Part shown: positions 18,226 to 28,916 of the stretch, piece by piece
Layout of the letters: every line of letters begins with the position of its first letter
Position numbering within the stretch: the first letter of the stretch is position 1
Position numbers and translations under genes: made by a program
From: an uncultured Gemmatimonadales bacterium
GTDB lineage: Bacteria > Gemmatimonadota > Gemmatimonadetes > Gemmatimonadales > GWC2-71-9
Assembly (NCBI GenBank): GCA_963730185.1
Contig: CAVSQW010000006.1
Span: 288,001-352,000, forward strand
Direction: 5' to 3'
Length of the DNA: 64,000 nt
The notes under the pieces: model-generated
Told to the model about the DNA's origin: nothing
Database searches by the model: none
The model's input: only the letters and a program-made list of their open reading frames with translations

Positions 18226-20179
18226 CTATCTTTCCAATCGAGGCGCGAGATAGCGGCCGAAGAACGCGGCCATGTCGACCATGACCCGGGCGACGTTCGG
18301 CGGCGAGGTAACGTAATACGTCTCGCCCGGGTAGCTCCGGTACCAGACCACCTTGTCCAGCCGCTCCAGGGCGTGGACGTACTCGATCGAGGCGGGGATC
18401 GGCAGCTCCCCCGGCCGCCAGGCGGGCGACCGGCCTTCGCCCTGGATCACGAAGACCGGAGCAGTAACCCGGCCGACCGCCTCGATCGAGGAATTCCGCC
18501 GATACACCTCGGCGCTGTCCGGCCACGGACCCCATTCGTACGCCAGGAGCTTGGTGTGCTGGAGCTCGGCGTTGTACTGCTGGAAGCTGACCCAGTCGGC
18601 GTAGCCCGACTGGGGGACCGCCGCCTGGAACACCTCGGGCGCCCGGGCCACCGCCGCCATGCTCATGATCCCGCCGTAGCTGATCCCGGTGATGCCGAGC
18701 CGGGTCGAGTCGACCTCCGGGAGCCGCTTCAGCAGCTCGGCGCCGGCGATCACGTCGCGGAGATCGCAGTGGGTCCAACAGGGATTGTTGGCGTCCTCGA
18801 ACGCCTTGCCGTAGCCCGAGCTCCCCCGGATGTTCGGCGCCAGCACCACGTAACCCATCCGGGCCAGGAACTGGGCCTGGGAGAGATAGGTATCGCTGAA
18901 CTGTCCGGTCGGTCCGCCGTGGATGTACATGATTCCCGGATGGCGGGGGCCGTTCGGCGCGCCGGGCGGCGGACGGAACAGATAGCCCGCGATCGTGAAG
19001 CTGTCGCTCGGATAGGTGATCTTCTCAGGCCGGATCAGCGCGGCTTCGACGGCCGGCGCCACCGACACGGTCAGTCGGGTTGGAGCTCCGCCCGTTGCCG
19101 CCACGACGTAGAGCTCGGGCGGCCGGGTGGGCGTGGCCATCGTGAACGCGATCCGGCGACCGTCGGGCGACCAGGCCGGCTCCGTCGCGACGCCGACATC
19201 GGGCGCCACGACCGCCCGCACCCCGCCCTCGCCGCTGGCCTCCGCGACTCGGATCGAGAAGGTCCCCCCGTGGTTCGAGACGAAGGCGACCTCCCGCCCG
19301 TCGGGCGACCAGACCGCGTCGCTCTGATCGGCCGACTCGGGCGCCAGCGCGCGAACCGGCGCGTTCCCGTCGACCGACGCCACCCAGTAGTTGACCCAAC
19401 CGCTCCGATGCGAGGGAAAGAGCACCCATCGCCCGTCGGGCGACCCCTGCGGCGCGCCGAACCGCGGTCGGATGCCGATCGTGCCGTAGTCGAAGAGATC
19501 GTGGTCGGTCGCCACGATCCGGGCCGAGCCGCCCTCGAGCGGAATCGTCATCACCTCGTGGTCGGCCCACCGATCGTCGGAGCGGACGTAGAAGAGGCTC
19601 CGCCCGTCGGGGCTCCAGGCCGGCGCGGTCTCGAACCGGGGGTCGGTGGTCATTCGCCGGACCCGGCCGGTCGCGACCTCCACCGTCCACACGTCGAACT
19701 GCCCGTAGCGGAGCGCCGAGAAGGCGATCGTGGCGGCGTCCGGTGACCAGGCAACCGCGTTGATCCGGGCCCCGAGGTCGGTCAGGCGCCGAGCCGGGCC
19801 GCCGCCGAGCGGTCGAAGCCAGATCTCGGGATAGCCGCTCTGGTCGGAGAGATAGGCCAGCCGGTCACCCCGCGGCGAGAGCCGGACCAGCTGTGACGGC
19901 AGCTCGCGCACGACCGGGGTCGCGGCGCCGCCCGCGGCCGGCACGCTCCAGAGCCCGCCCCGGCCGGCGAGGTAGAGCACCCGGGCGCCGTCGAGGCTCC
20001 AGAAGAGGGCATCGCCGGCCACGGACGGCGCGAGATTGGCCAACCGGGTCGCCACCGCGGTGGCGGCGGTCGAGCCGGCTTCGCCCTGGGCGACGGCAGC
20101 CGGCCGCGCCGGGGCCGACTGCCAGGATCGCGGCAAGCAAGACACTGGCCGCCCGACCGGTGGTGGGGCATCGCAACAT
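18226..20179 (-). CDS. S9 family peptidase-like protein with PD40/TolB propeller; frameshift near N-terminus
   Basis: Repeated WSPDG, HGGP, RGSSGYG, GISYGG; the signal peptide (MLRCPTTGRAASVLLAAILAV) lies in another frame and joins near 20100. Confidence 0.8.
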
Positions 20180-20285
20180 GAGATCGGCTCCTCGGCTCCA
20201 GGTGGCTGGCGATGGGCGAAAGGCCCGTCGACTCGAAGCTTAGCGCGCGACGCGGATCGGGTCGAGCCCGGCGGGCTGACGGCGA

Positions 20286-20323
20286 GTCGGTCGAAATGAT
20301 GGGGGTCGGTCGAAATGATGGGG
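20286..20323. repeat. Perfect 19-bp tandem duplication
   Basis: GTCGGTCGAAATGATGGGG x2 in a divergent intergenic region. Confidence 0.9.
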
Positions 20324-20429
20324 GAATGACGGGCGTTGAGCGGCGGCTGACGCCAAGCGCCGACCTTGGCGCGCGGATACCGGATCCGGCCAGCGAACGG
20401 CCGGTCCTCAACCCCCGAACGAGGTTCCC

Positions 20430-21243
20430 ATGCCGCGCACCGGACTGATCCCCCTCATCGTCACGATCTCGCTCGCTCTGGGCCGCGCCCGTCCGCGGCC
20501 AGGCGATGGGCGATCCGGCCCTGGAGAAGAAGCTGGCCGACTGCCTCGGGATCGACCAACAGACCTACCACGACGCGACCAACCCCACCAACGGCGAGCC
20601 CCGCCGGCCGACCAAGGACGAGCAGGAGCGCAACATGGCCTGCGCTCACGCTGCTCAACAAGATCCCCAAAACCCGGGTCAAGGACTGCAACGACAAGCT
20701 GGTCTACGGAAACCTCAGCGCCATGACACCGCAGATCGATCAGCTCACCAAGGCCGCCAAGGCGCAGATGGAAAGCGGCAAGGTTCCGGGCGAGGCCGAT
20801 CCCGCGGCAACCCGTCCCCACCCAGCCCATCACCTGGACTCTCACGCCGGTGGCGCCGGCGGGACCGGCCGTGACCGGCTACCAGGCGTCACCATCCGGC
20901 ATCAAGGCCGTGCTCCGCTGGACCCCCGCTACCGGCGCTACGTCGTACAAGGTGTATCGGAGCCAGCCACCGAACGTTTCGGCGGCGGAGCGTCCTCGGC
21001 CTGGGCGAGGGCGACCAGCCGATCGGCATCGCCGACACGGTCAACAGCCAGATCGTCTATCACCCCAAGGTGATTCCGCTCAGCTACGACCTGGCGGAGA
21101 GCCTGCTCTCGGGCACCTTCCGGGTGGGATCCCTGGCCCCGGGCGAGTTCCAGATCGAGTACCGGGACGGCTCCGGCTACCAGGGCGACTATACCCTGAC
21201 GTTCCTGGTGAAGAGGTGCGCCAGCATGAACGGCCCGTGTTGA
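20430..21243 (+). pseudogene. Fragmented secreted protein (Cys-containing helical region, partial FN3-like strands, unrelated C-terminus)
   Basis: Signal peptide MPRTGLIPLIVTISLALG; coding-like segments switch frame several times (AVLRWTPATGATSYKVYR; ...YQGDYTLTFLVKRCASMNGPC*). Confidence 0.5.
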
Positions 21244-21278
21244 CGACGCCCCCGTCGCGACCCTGACCCGGAGAGACC

Positions 21279-21673
21279 ATGCTCGAGCTTCGGACGATAG
21301 CGATGGTGGGCCTCGTGACGGTCGCGCTCGGGTCGCGACCCTTGGCGGCCCCCTGGCCTGGCCGGCGACCGGCGCCTTCCGGGCGACGGCTGCGCTCGGC
21401 ACTCCCTGCGTCTATGCGGCGGCCGGCGGGGTGATCAATCCCTATCCGAACGGCGTCACGATCACCGTCACCAACCGGAAGACGAATCGGAGCGCCAGCC
21501 GCGCCTACCCCGCTCCGACCTGGACGCCGAAGAACCCGAGCATCGCGCCCTGCCTCGCGCTCTATCTGCTCAGGCTGGCGGACAGCCTGCCGGTGGACTA
21601 CGTGGCGATGGCGGAGACGACCGATCTGAACCGGCTTCGCCACACCGGCACGGCCACGCTCACGAAGCCGTGA
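21279..21673 (+). pseudogene. Fragmented secreted protein
   Basis: RBS GGAGAG plus signal peptide MLELRTIAMVGLVTVALG, joined out of frame to a C-terminal segment ending ...TATLTKP*. Confidence 0.45.
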
Positions 21674-21707
21674 ACCACTCGCGGTCCTCTCGCGGAAGGA
21701 GCACCCG

Positions 21708-22128
21708 ATGAATCGTGGCCAAGGCGGGAGGAACGGCGACGAGCTACACCGACCGGTTTCTCTATCCGGGGACCACCTACCAGTATCAGATTTCGGCGGA
21801 GTACTACCGCGTCGGGACCTCCGGCCTGACCCAGGCGACCTCGATCACCACGCTGCCCGGAGCCCCACCGAGCGCCCTGACCGCGGCGGTCAGCGGCCCT
21901 GGGACGGTCACGCTGAGCTGGCAGGCGGCGTACGAGGCCGCGGGGTACGCCGTCTGGCGCGACGGAACGCCGTTGACCCAGTCCGTCACTGGAACCACCT
22001 ACCTCGACTCCAAGGCGCCTCACGGATCTCACCGGTACACCGTCGGATCGATGTTCCGAGTCCTGACGGGCCACCTGGTCGAAGGCGCCTTGACCGGCCT
22101 GCCGTCCGCGACGGTCAACGTGCCCTGA
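21708..22128 (+). pseudogene. Fibronectin type III domain protein fragment
   Basis: RBS GGAAGGAG plus ATG joined out of frame to TSYTD..LYPGTTYQYQI and VTLSW...GYAVWRDG...TYLD (FN3 signatures). Confidence 0.6.
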
Positions 22129-22132
22129 GCCG

Positions 22133-23353
22133 TCAGCAGCGCTCGAGCACCATGGCCATGCCCTGGCCCACGCCGACGCAGAGAGTGCAGAGCGCATAGC
22201 GGCCCTTTCGGGCCTCGAGCTCCAGCATGGCGGTGAGCAGGAGCCGGGCGCCCGACATCCCGAGCGGATGGCCTAACGCGATGGCGCCGCCGTTCGGGTT
22301 GACTCGGGGGTCGTCGTCGGAGATCTCGAGTGCCCGGAGGCAGGAGAGCACCTGCGCGGCGAAGGCCTCGTTGATCTCGATCACGTCCATCTGATCGACC
22401 CGAAGCCCGGTCCGGGCCATCACCTTACGGGTGGCCTCGACCGGACCGATGCCCATGATCCGGGGCTCGACGCCCGCCACGGCGCTCCCGACGATCCGGG
22501 CTCGGGGCGTGAGCCCATGCTCCTTGATCCCTTCCTCCGAGGCCAGGAGCAGCGCCGCCGCGCCGTCGTTCAACCCCGAGGCGTTGCCGGCGGTGACGGT
22601 CCCCTTCCCGTCCTTACGAAAGGCCGGACGAAGCTTCGCCAGGATCTCCAGGGTCGAGTCGGCCCGGATGAACTCGTCCTGCTCGAACCGGCCGGGCGGT
22701 TTGCCCTTGCCCGCCGGCGGGAGCGGCACCGGCACGATCTCCTGGGCAAAGCGTCCGCTCGCTCGGGCGGCGGCGGCCTTCTGCTGAGATCCGAGGGCGA
22801 ACCGGTCCTGATCCTCGCGGGAGATGGTCCGCGTCTCCAGCAGGTTTTCGGCGGTCTGGCCCATCGCGTCGGTGCCGAAGCGCTCTTCCATCTTCGGGTT
22901 GACGAAACGCCACCCGAGGCTGGTATCGAAGAGCTCGACGTCTCGGGCCCAGGGACGGCTGGCCTTGGACAGCACGAAGGGGGCTCGCGTCATCTGCTCC
23001 ACGCCACCCGCCAGGTAGAGGTCGCCGTCACCGACCATGATGGCCCGGGCGGCGTTGGCGGCCGCGGCCATGCCCGAGGCGCAGAGCCGATTGACGGTTT
23101 CGCCCGGGACGGACGCCGGGATGCCGGCGAGGAGGAGCGCCATCCGGGCCACGTTGCGGTTATCCTCGCCCGCCTGGTTGGCGCAGCCCATCACCACGTC
23201 GACCAGGGCGGCCGGGTCGAGATCGGGATGCCGGGCCAGGAGCGAGGACATGACGTGGGCGGCGAGGTCGTCGGCCCGGACCGGCGACAAGCTGCCGCCG
23301 AGGCTGCCGATCGGGGTCCGGACCCCGGCGACGAGATAGGCTGATTGGGTCAT
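22133..23353 (-). CDS. pcaF: 3-oxoadipyl-CoA/3-oxo-5,6-dehydrosuberyl-CoA thiolase (PcaF/PaaJ type)
   Basis: [52 protein letters not shown]. Confidence 0.88.
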   Translation of the reverse strand: MTQSAYLVAGVRTPIGSLGGSLSPVRADDLAAHVMSSLLARHPDLDPAALVDVVMGCANQAGEDNRNVARMALLLAGIPASVPGETVNRLCASGMAAAANAARAIMVGDGDLYLAGGVEQMTRAPFVLSKASRPWARDVELFDTSLGWRFVNPKMEERFGTDAMGQTAENLLETRTISREDQDRFALGSQQKAAAARASGRFAQEIVPVPLPPAGKGKPPGRFEQDEFIRADSTLEILAKLRPAFRKDGKGTVTAGNASGLNDGAAALLLASEEGIKEHGLTPRARIVGSAVAGVEPRIMGIGPVEATRKVMARTGLRVDQMDVIEINEAFAAQVLSCLRALEISDDDPRVNPNGGAIALGHPLGMSGARLLLTAMLELEARKGRYALCTLCVGVGQGMAMVLERC

Positions 23354-23362
23354 GGTGAAAAG

Positions 23363-24490
23363 CTAACGGAGGTCACTGGGCGGGCGGAAACGGCCCCGTC
23401 GCGGGGGATCGATCGAGAGGATCACTTTCCCGATCACCTTCCGGGCGTGGAGGTAGCGATGCGCTTCGACCGCGCCGGCGCGATCGAGCGGGAAGACGCG
23501 GTCGACCAGCGGTTCCAGGTCGCCGGCCGACACCGCAGCGAAGATCTCGGCGAGCGCCGGCCGGAGCAGGGGCTCCTTCGACCCGAGGTGCAGCAGGTGG
23601 ATCCCGGCGACCCCGACGTTCGGCTCGATCAGCTCGAGCGGGTGGAGGCGGCCGGTGCGAAGCCACGCCCGGATCATGGCCGGCCAGCTCTTCCGGCCCC
23701 CGGGAAGGGCGTCGCTCAGGCCGTAGAAGACCAGCCGCCCCAGCGGCGCCAGGAGCCGCCGGCAGGTTCGGGTGGCCCGGCCGCCCACCGCATCGAGGGC
23801 CACGTCGATCCCGCGCGGCCCGACCAGCTTCTCCACCTCGGTCCCCCAGTCACCGGCGGAGTCGAAGCAGGCCCGGGCGCCGAGCCGCTCGGTGACGAAT
23901 CGGCGCTTCCGCTCCGAGCCCGCCGTGCCGAGCACCGAGAGGCCATGGCGCCGGGCCAGCTGCACCGCAGCGGACCCCACACCGCCGGCCGCGTTCAGCA
24001 CCAGCGCGGTCTCACCCGGGCGGACCCGGGCCGATTCGAAGAGGGCGACGTAGGCCGTGAGGAAGGCGACCGGGACGGCGGCCGCCTGAACCGGCGACAG
24101 CGGGGCCGGGTACCGGAACAGATTCGCGGTGGGGACGATCAGGTCGCGGGCATAGCCGCCGTACCGGACCAGGGCGACGGCCCGGTCGCCCTCGGCCCAG
24201 TCGGCGACATCCCGGCCGACCCGACGGATCACGCCCGCCGCTTCGAAGCCGGGGCTGTAGGGCATCGGGGGGACCGTGCCGTATAGTCCGGCGCGCATCA
24301 GGAGGTCGGCGAAGTTGACCCCGGTGGCCTCGACTTCGAGGTGGACCTGATCGGGGCCTGGATCCGGGAGCGGCATGGTCCGCTCGACGAGAACCTCGGG
24401 CGGGCCGTGGCGCTCGATCAGCAAGGCGCGCGTCGTGCCGGAGGCCGAAGGGTCAGGCCGGGGGCGAGCCTCGTTCGCTGGGTGGGTCAC
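23363..24490 (-). CDS. MDR/NADPH:quinone oxidoreductase (VAT-1-like)
   Basis: GVNFADLLMRAGLY, PGFEAAG, AAGGVG, GKVIL; start position uncertain. Confidence 0.82.
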   Translation of the reverse strand: MTHPANEARPRPDPSASGTTRALLIERHGPPEVLVERTMPLPDPGPDQVHLEVEATGVNFADLLMRAGLYGTVPPMPYSPGFEAAGVIRRVGRDVADWAEGDRAVALVRYGGYARDLIVPTANLFRYPAPLSPVQAAAVPVAFLTAYVALFESARVRPGETALVLNAAGGVGSAAVQLARRHGLSVLGTAGSERKRRFVTERLGARACFDSAGDWGTEVEKLVGPRGIDVALDAVGGRATRTCRRLLAPLGRLVFYGLSDALPGGRKSWPAMIRAWLRTGRLHPLELIEPNVGVAGIHLLHLGSKEPLLRPALAEIFAAVSAGDLEPLVDRVFPLDRAGAVEAHRYLHARKVIGKVILSIDPPRRGRFRPPSDLR

Positions 24491-27400
24491 GGCGGAATGG
24501 CCTGGATCGTGGATCCCGTAACATACCGTCGGCACGTTCGGGTCGGTGGGGAACCGAGTCCAGGAGCTGCCAGTCGAGATCCTGCCGAATCCCGCGCCAC
24601 AACTCGACCGGGCCAACGACGAGGTTCGTACCCGCACTGTTCCCCTCCAGCCAAACTCGATATCGGGCGTTTCGGGACACCCGCTGCTCCGAGCGCCACA
24701 CCGGCACGCCGTCGACGGCTATCCCGCAGGTGCCGTCGGGGAAGAGCTGGAGTCGGACCACGTGCCAGGCCCCCTCGCGCCATGACGAATCGGCGGGGCT
24801 CCGGGGCGTGGCGCCGCCGGCGCTGAACGAGAAGCGGCCGAGCGCCGACAGCCCTTCGCCGCTGGGATATGCGAAGGCGCACTCATCCCCGCTGGCCGCG
24901 CGATCACGCCAAGGGTAGCCCGAGCGCCGGTCCCAGCCGTCCACGACAACCGAACGCTCGGAACGGAGAGCAATGATCTGCTGTTGCCACTGCGACCGCG
25001 ACACGGGCAAGGACACCTTCGCCTCGAGCCCGAGCCCGCGCGAGACGTCGAACCGATCAGTCGAGAAGACACCGCTGGTGTAGCGGCCGTCGCCACCGTT
25101 GTTGAGTCCTCGGACACCCCCCGGGCCGCTCGTGAGGCGAGGAGGGGGCTCGCCGAAGTCGCGCCAGCGGGCCGCATCGATCGCGGCCCACCGTTCGCTG
25201 AAGATCGTCTCCGCGGTGTCGGCCCTCACCACGACCTCAATCGAGTCGCGGGCAACGCCCCCGAAATCAGCGGTCACGACGGTGCGCCCCAATCTCCGGG
25301 CCGTGATCCGCCCGGATGCCGAGGCGACCGCCACGATCGTGGTGTCTCGACTGCTCCAGTAGAGCGCACTGGCCGGGAGGAGGACGCGGTCGCCCGCGGT
25401 GTCGACCACCGTCGCGGTACCGTCATATGAGGCGCCGAGGGGGAGACGGAGCGCATCGCGCGGTTGGATCCGGACCCGAACCCGTTCTCCCCGATCCGGC
25501 CGCGGTGCCCAGCCGAAGGCCACCGGGTCTCGGACGCCCGTCAGGGGGCGGGAGGAAAGCCAATCGTCGATCGGGAAGACCGACCAGACCGGCGGCTCGT
25601 TGGCGTCGCGAGCGCAGAGACAGACCACCCACCGCCCGTCGGGGCTGAGGTTGGGAAGGGTCACAGCGCCCCGGGCAAGGATCCTGAATTGATCCGCTGC
25701 CAGATCCCAGCTGGCCAGCTGGATCCGCTCCTGATAGTCGACCGTCAGCAGAACCTTCCCGCCGTCCAGCCAACCGACGATCTCCGAGACTTCGCCGATC
25801 GTCGACGCCACGCAGTGTGATACTCGACCGTCGGGGGTGATCCAGCAGGCTTGGCGGGGTCGGAGCTCTCGGGGTTGCCGATGGAAAGCGATCAGGCCGC
25901 CGTGCGGCGCCCACGCCGGCGACCCGTCGAAGTCACTGGTCGCCGTGAGGCGCCGGAGCGAGTCGCCGGCCGGCCAATCGGTGATCGCGAGGTCGTAGTC
26001 GTCTCCACCGGCCGGCGACCAGCGCGCGGTCAGGAACACCAAATGCCGGTCGTCCGGTGACCAGACGGGTGAGACATCGTCACGACCCGCGGGGAACAGC
26101 CGGCGGGTGTGGTCGTGCTCGCGAACGAAGATGTCGTCAGTGTAGAAGTTGTCCACCGCTGCGTTGAAGGCCAGACGGCCGTCGGCGGTAAGGTCGAGTC
26201 GAGTGTTGCGCACTCTGGCCAACATGGAGTCACGGATCGTCTCGGCCGTGCGAGGCAGACGGAAGGCCACCCCACCTCGCCAGCCGCGCCGGGTCACACC
26301 CACCGTCCTCAGGTCGACGGCCATCGAATCTCCCGGATGCGGCGTGGCGATGAGCAGCTCCGCGTCGGGCGGCAGGCCCACCGTCGCCCGGGCAATCACC
26401 CAGGCCGAGGTTCCCAGCGCGAACGCCGCCAGACCCGCCGCGGCCAGACGAGCATTGGAATGGAGCCCGATCCGGGTCCGGATCGGCAAGCTCCTGACCA
26501 GCCGCGCCGCGGTGGCCTCGTCGCCCCCGCTCACGGCCTCGGCCAGGGCCCGGCTGCCGCGGCGATCACCGGCCTGCCGAGCGACCTGCACGGCCCGCCG
26601 GTACGCCAACCGGAGCGCATGGTCGTCGCCGGCCGCTCCAAAATGCCGCGCGGCCTGGAGCACGGGGTCGAGCCGTCGGCCTGCGTTGTCGACCAGAATG
26701 CGCCCCACCGCGCCATGCGCGGCCCGGCGCCGCTCGGCAGTTTCCTGATCCTGGGCGGCCGCGGCAATCTCGTCGTGCGCCGGCTCCCATGAAGTCTCCG
26801 AATGGCGGAGAAACCCCTTCCGCTCGAGTGCCCAGAGCTGCTCGTCCACCCGCCCCCGCGCCCGGAGCGCGGTGCTCAGCTCGGCCACGGTGAGCGGCGT
26901 GCCGGCGGTGGCCAGCACGAGCAGCACCCAGGCCGCATCGGCATCCAGCGTCGCCAGGCGCGAGCGGACCGCGTTGCCTCGCTCGAGCTCCGCCAGCAAT
27001 TGGGCCGGGTCGGGCACGGCCCAGACTCCGTCGGCCAGCACCGCCGTGCCCCGGTCCAACGCGAGCTGCAGGGCCTCCAGCACGAGAAGCGGCGATCCTC
27101 CGGACGACGCCTCGAGCTGGCGGAAGATCGCGTCCAGGAGCGGTTCGTCGGCCAGCCGGCCCAAGCTCACGAACAGCGCCCTGATCTCGGCCGGGCCGAG
27201 CGGCTCGAGCCCCACGTCGACCGAGCCCGCCGTCAGCACCGTCCGCCCGACACCAGGCCGTCCCGCCGTCAGCACCAGCACGGGGGCCCGGTCCAGCCGG
27301 TGTATCACCCCGTCCAGCACCTGCCACGATTCGGCGTCGAGCCAGTGCACGTCGTCCACGACCAGGGCGAGCGGATGCTCCTCGGCGATGGCGTGCACGG

Positions 27401-28568
27401 CCTCGACCAGGGCCGCGGTCCGGAGACGGAGGGAGTCGCCGTCGGCGGCGCGGGGTTGGGCCGATGCGAAGCGGCTGGAGAGCGAGGGACTCAGGCCCAC
27501 GAGCACGTCCGCCGTGGCCGGCGACACGGCCGCCAAACCCGGGAGTCCCCCGAGGGCCGTGGCGAGATCGCCGGCGAATGCGTACGGCACGCTCCGGTCG
27601 CCCGGGTTGGCGCGCACCTGCACCACCCGGGCCCCGATCGACCTGAGCCGATGGGCCACGTCGCCGAGCAACCGGCTCTTACCCAGTCCAGCCGGCGCCC
27701 CGACGTGCACATGCCGGCCGGGACCCCGGCTCGCCTGGCTCCACACCTCGAGGAGGGCGGCGAACTCCCGTTCCCGCCCTACCAACTCGGCCATCAGACT
27801 CTCGTCCCGGTCATGACCGTCTTCGACGCCTTCGCCTTGCGCCCGTCGGAGGGTCGCAAGAATCGCCGTCGTCGCCGGCTCCGGGTCCCGACCGTCCGCG
27901 ATCAGCGACGAGCGGAGTGAGTCGGCCTCGACAGCCGCCTGCACGAGGTCGCGGTGAGCGACCAAGGATTCGATCAGCAGCCGCCAGCCGGCTTCGCTCA
28001 GGCGGTCGGCGTCGCGCATCCGCCGAGCCACGTCCTGCGCGTCCCGGAATCGGCCGGCCGCCAGCCGGCGGCGAACGGCGAGCTCGGCCGTGCGGAGGAA
28101 CGCCGCCCGGAGCCGGTTCCGCTCGATGTCGGCCCAGTGTTCGAACTCGGTCGAGCCGGGCAGCGCGAAGCCCGGCAGAAACTCGCCTCGATAGAGGGCG
28201 ATCGATGCCTCCGGATCGCGGGCCTCGACGGCGGCCAGGAAGCGATCGCGGTCGCTCTCGATGGCGATGCTGAGCGTCAGCTCCTCACGCCCGGTCAGGA
28301 CAGACTCGCCCAGAAGTTGGCGAAGCTGCCAGAGCGTCTGCCGCAGGGCGTGCCGAGCCCGGTCGCGACCGAGGTCGGCCCAGAGCAGATCGAGGAGGAA
28401 CTCGCGGGTGGCCGAACGGCCCGGGGCGAGGGCGAGGTAGGTGACCAGCGCGAGCGGCTTGCCCGGGGCCAGAAGGGGGTCGGCCCCGGACGCCAGGCTC
28501 GCCCCACCCAAGGTCGTGAGGGCAAGGGGGATGGCGGAAGAACCGGATTCGGGAAAACCAGTCGCCAT
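24453..28568 (-). CDS. Large transmembrane regulator: BTAD + AAA ATPase + TM + PD40 propeller + Ig-like + beta-sandwich domain
   Basis: N-terminal SARP/BTAD (LLWADL, ALYRGEFL, FEHWAD); LVGRERE, Walker A APAGLGKS, Walker B VVDDVHW; TM LAAAGLAAFALGTSAWVIA; WSPD/WAPH repeats; WSSRDTTIVAV. Confidence 0.8.
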   Translation of the reverse strand: MATGFPESGSSAIPLALTTLGGASLASGADPLLAPGKPLALVTYLALAPGRSATREFLLDLLWADLGRDRARHALRQTLWQLRQLLGESVLTGREELTLSIAIESDRDRFLAAVEARDPEASIALYRGEFLPGFALPGSTEFEHWADIERNRLRAAFLRTAELAVRRRLAAGRFRDAQDVARRMRDADRLSEAGWRLLIESLVAHRDLVQAAVEADSLRSSLIADGRDPEPATTAILATLRRAQGEGVEDGHDRDESLMAELVGREREFAALLEVWSQASRGPGRHVHVGAPAGLGKSRLLGDVAHRLRSIGARVVQVRANPGDRSVPYAFAGDLATALGGLPGLAAVSPATADVLVGLSPSLSSRFASAQPRAADGDSLRLRTAALVEAVHAIAEEHPLALVVDDVHWLDAESWQVLDGVIHRLDRAPVLVLTAGRPGVGRTVLTAGSVDVGLEPLGPAEIRALFVSLGRLADEPLLDAIFRQLEASSGGSPLLVLEALQLALDRGTAVLADGVWAVPDPAQLLAELERGNAVRSRLATLDADAAWVLLVLATAGTPLTVAELSTALRARGRVDEQLWALERKGFLRHSETSWEPAHDEIAAAAQDQETAERRRAAHGAVGRILVDNAGRRLDPVLQAARHFGAAGDDHALRLAYRRAVQVARQAGDRRGSRALAEAVSGGDEATAARLVRSLPIRTRIGLHSNARLAAAGLAAFALGTSAWVIARATVGLPPDAELLIATPHPGDSMAVDLRTVGVTRRGWRGGVAFRLPRTAETIRDSMLARVRNTRLDLTADGRLAFNAAVDNFYTDDIFVREHDHTRRLFPAGRDDVSPVWSPDDRHLVFLTARWSPAGGDDYDLAITDWPAGDSLRRLTATSDFDGSPAWAPHGGLIAFHRQPRELRPRQACWITPDGRVSHCVASTIGEVSEIVGWLDGGKVLLTVDYQERIQLASWDLAADQFRILARGAVTLPNLSPDGRWVVCLCARDANEPPVWSVFPIDDWLSSRPLTGVRDPVAFGWAPRPDRGERVRVRIQPRDALRLPLGASYDGTATVVDTAGDRVLLPASALYWSSRDTTIVAVASASGRITARRLGRTVVTADFGGVARDSIEVVVRADTAETIFSERWAAIDAARWRDFGEPPPRLTSGPGGVRGLNNGGDGRYTSGVFSTDRFDVSRGLGLEAKVSLPVSRSQWQQQIIALRSERSVVVDGWDRRSGYPWRDRAASGDECAFAYPSGEGLSALGRFSFSAGGATPRSPADSSWREGAWHVVRLQLFPDGTCGIAVDGVPVWRSEQRVSRNARYRVWLEGNSAGTNLVVGPVELWRGIRQDLDWQLLDSVPHRPERADGMLRDPRSRPFRRDPPSERGSPPA

Positions 28569-28916
28569 GACGGTCCAATGACGTAGGGTGACTAACTCAC
28601 CAACGTCACGCTCCCGCCACCGCTGGTCCGGCGGTTTACGAACTCAAGCCTCGTAACCTGAGAACGTAGGCCTGGACGGGTGGGTCGGCAAGGCGCCCCT
28701 GCGGCGCGGTCGGGAGTGTGCCCCCAACCCGCTCGAAGCAGATATACGAGTTGAGACGTTTTCGAAATTGGCGAGCGAACGACCGCCCACCCAGGTACCC
28801 GGTCGCACGACTCGCGGACGCCGCCCTCCGAATCGAGCCCACGCCCGCGGGACGCCTGGACCACGATCGCTGACCGGAGGGGCCCCGAGCGCGACCCCAC
28901 CCCCAGCTACATTGCC

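Noticed and set aside
20286..20323. Possible CRISPR remnant
   Set aside because: Only two abutting copies, no spacers, no cas genes
28569..28916. 350-bp intergenic region as ncRNA
   Set aside because: No recognisable RNA family or strong structure; consistent with divergent promoters
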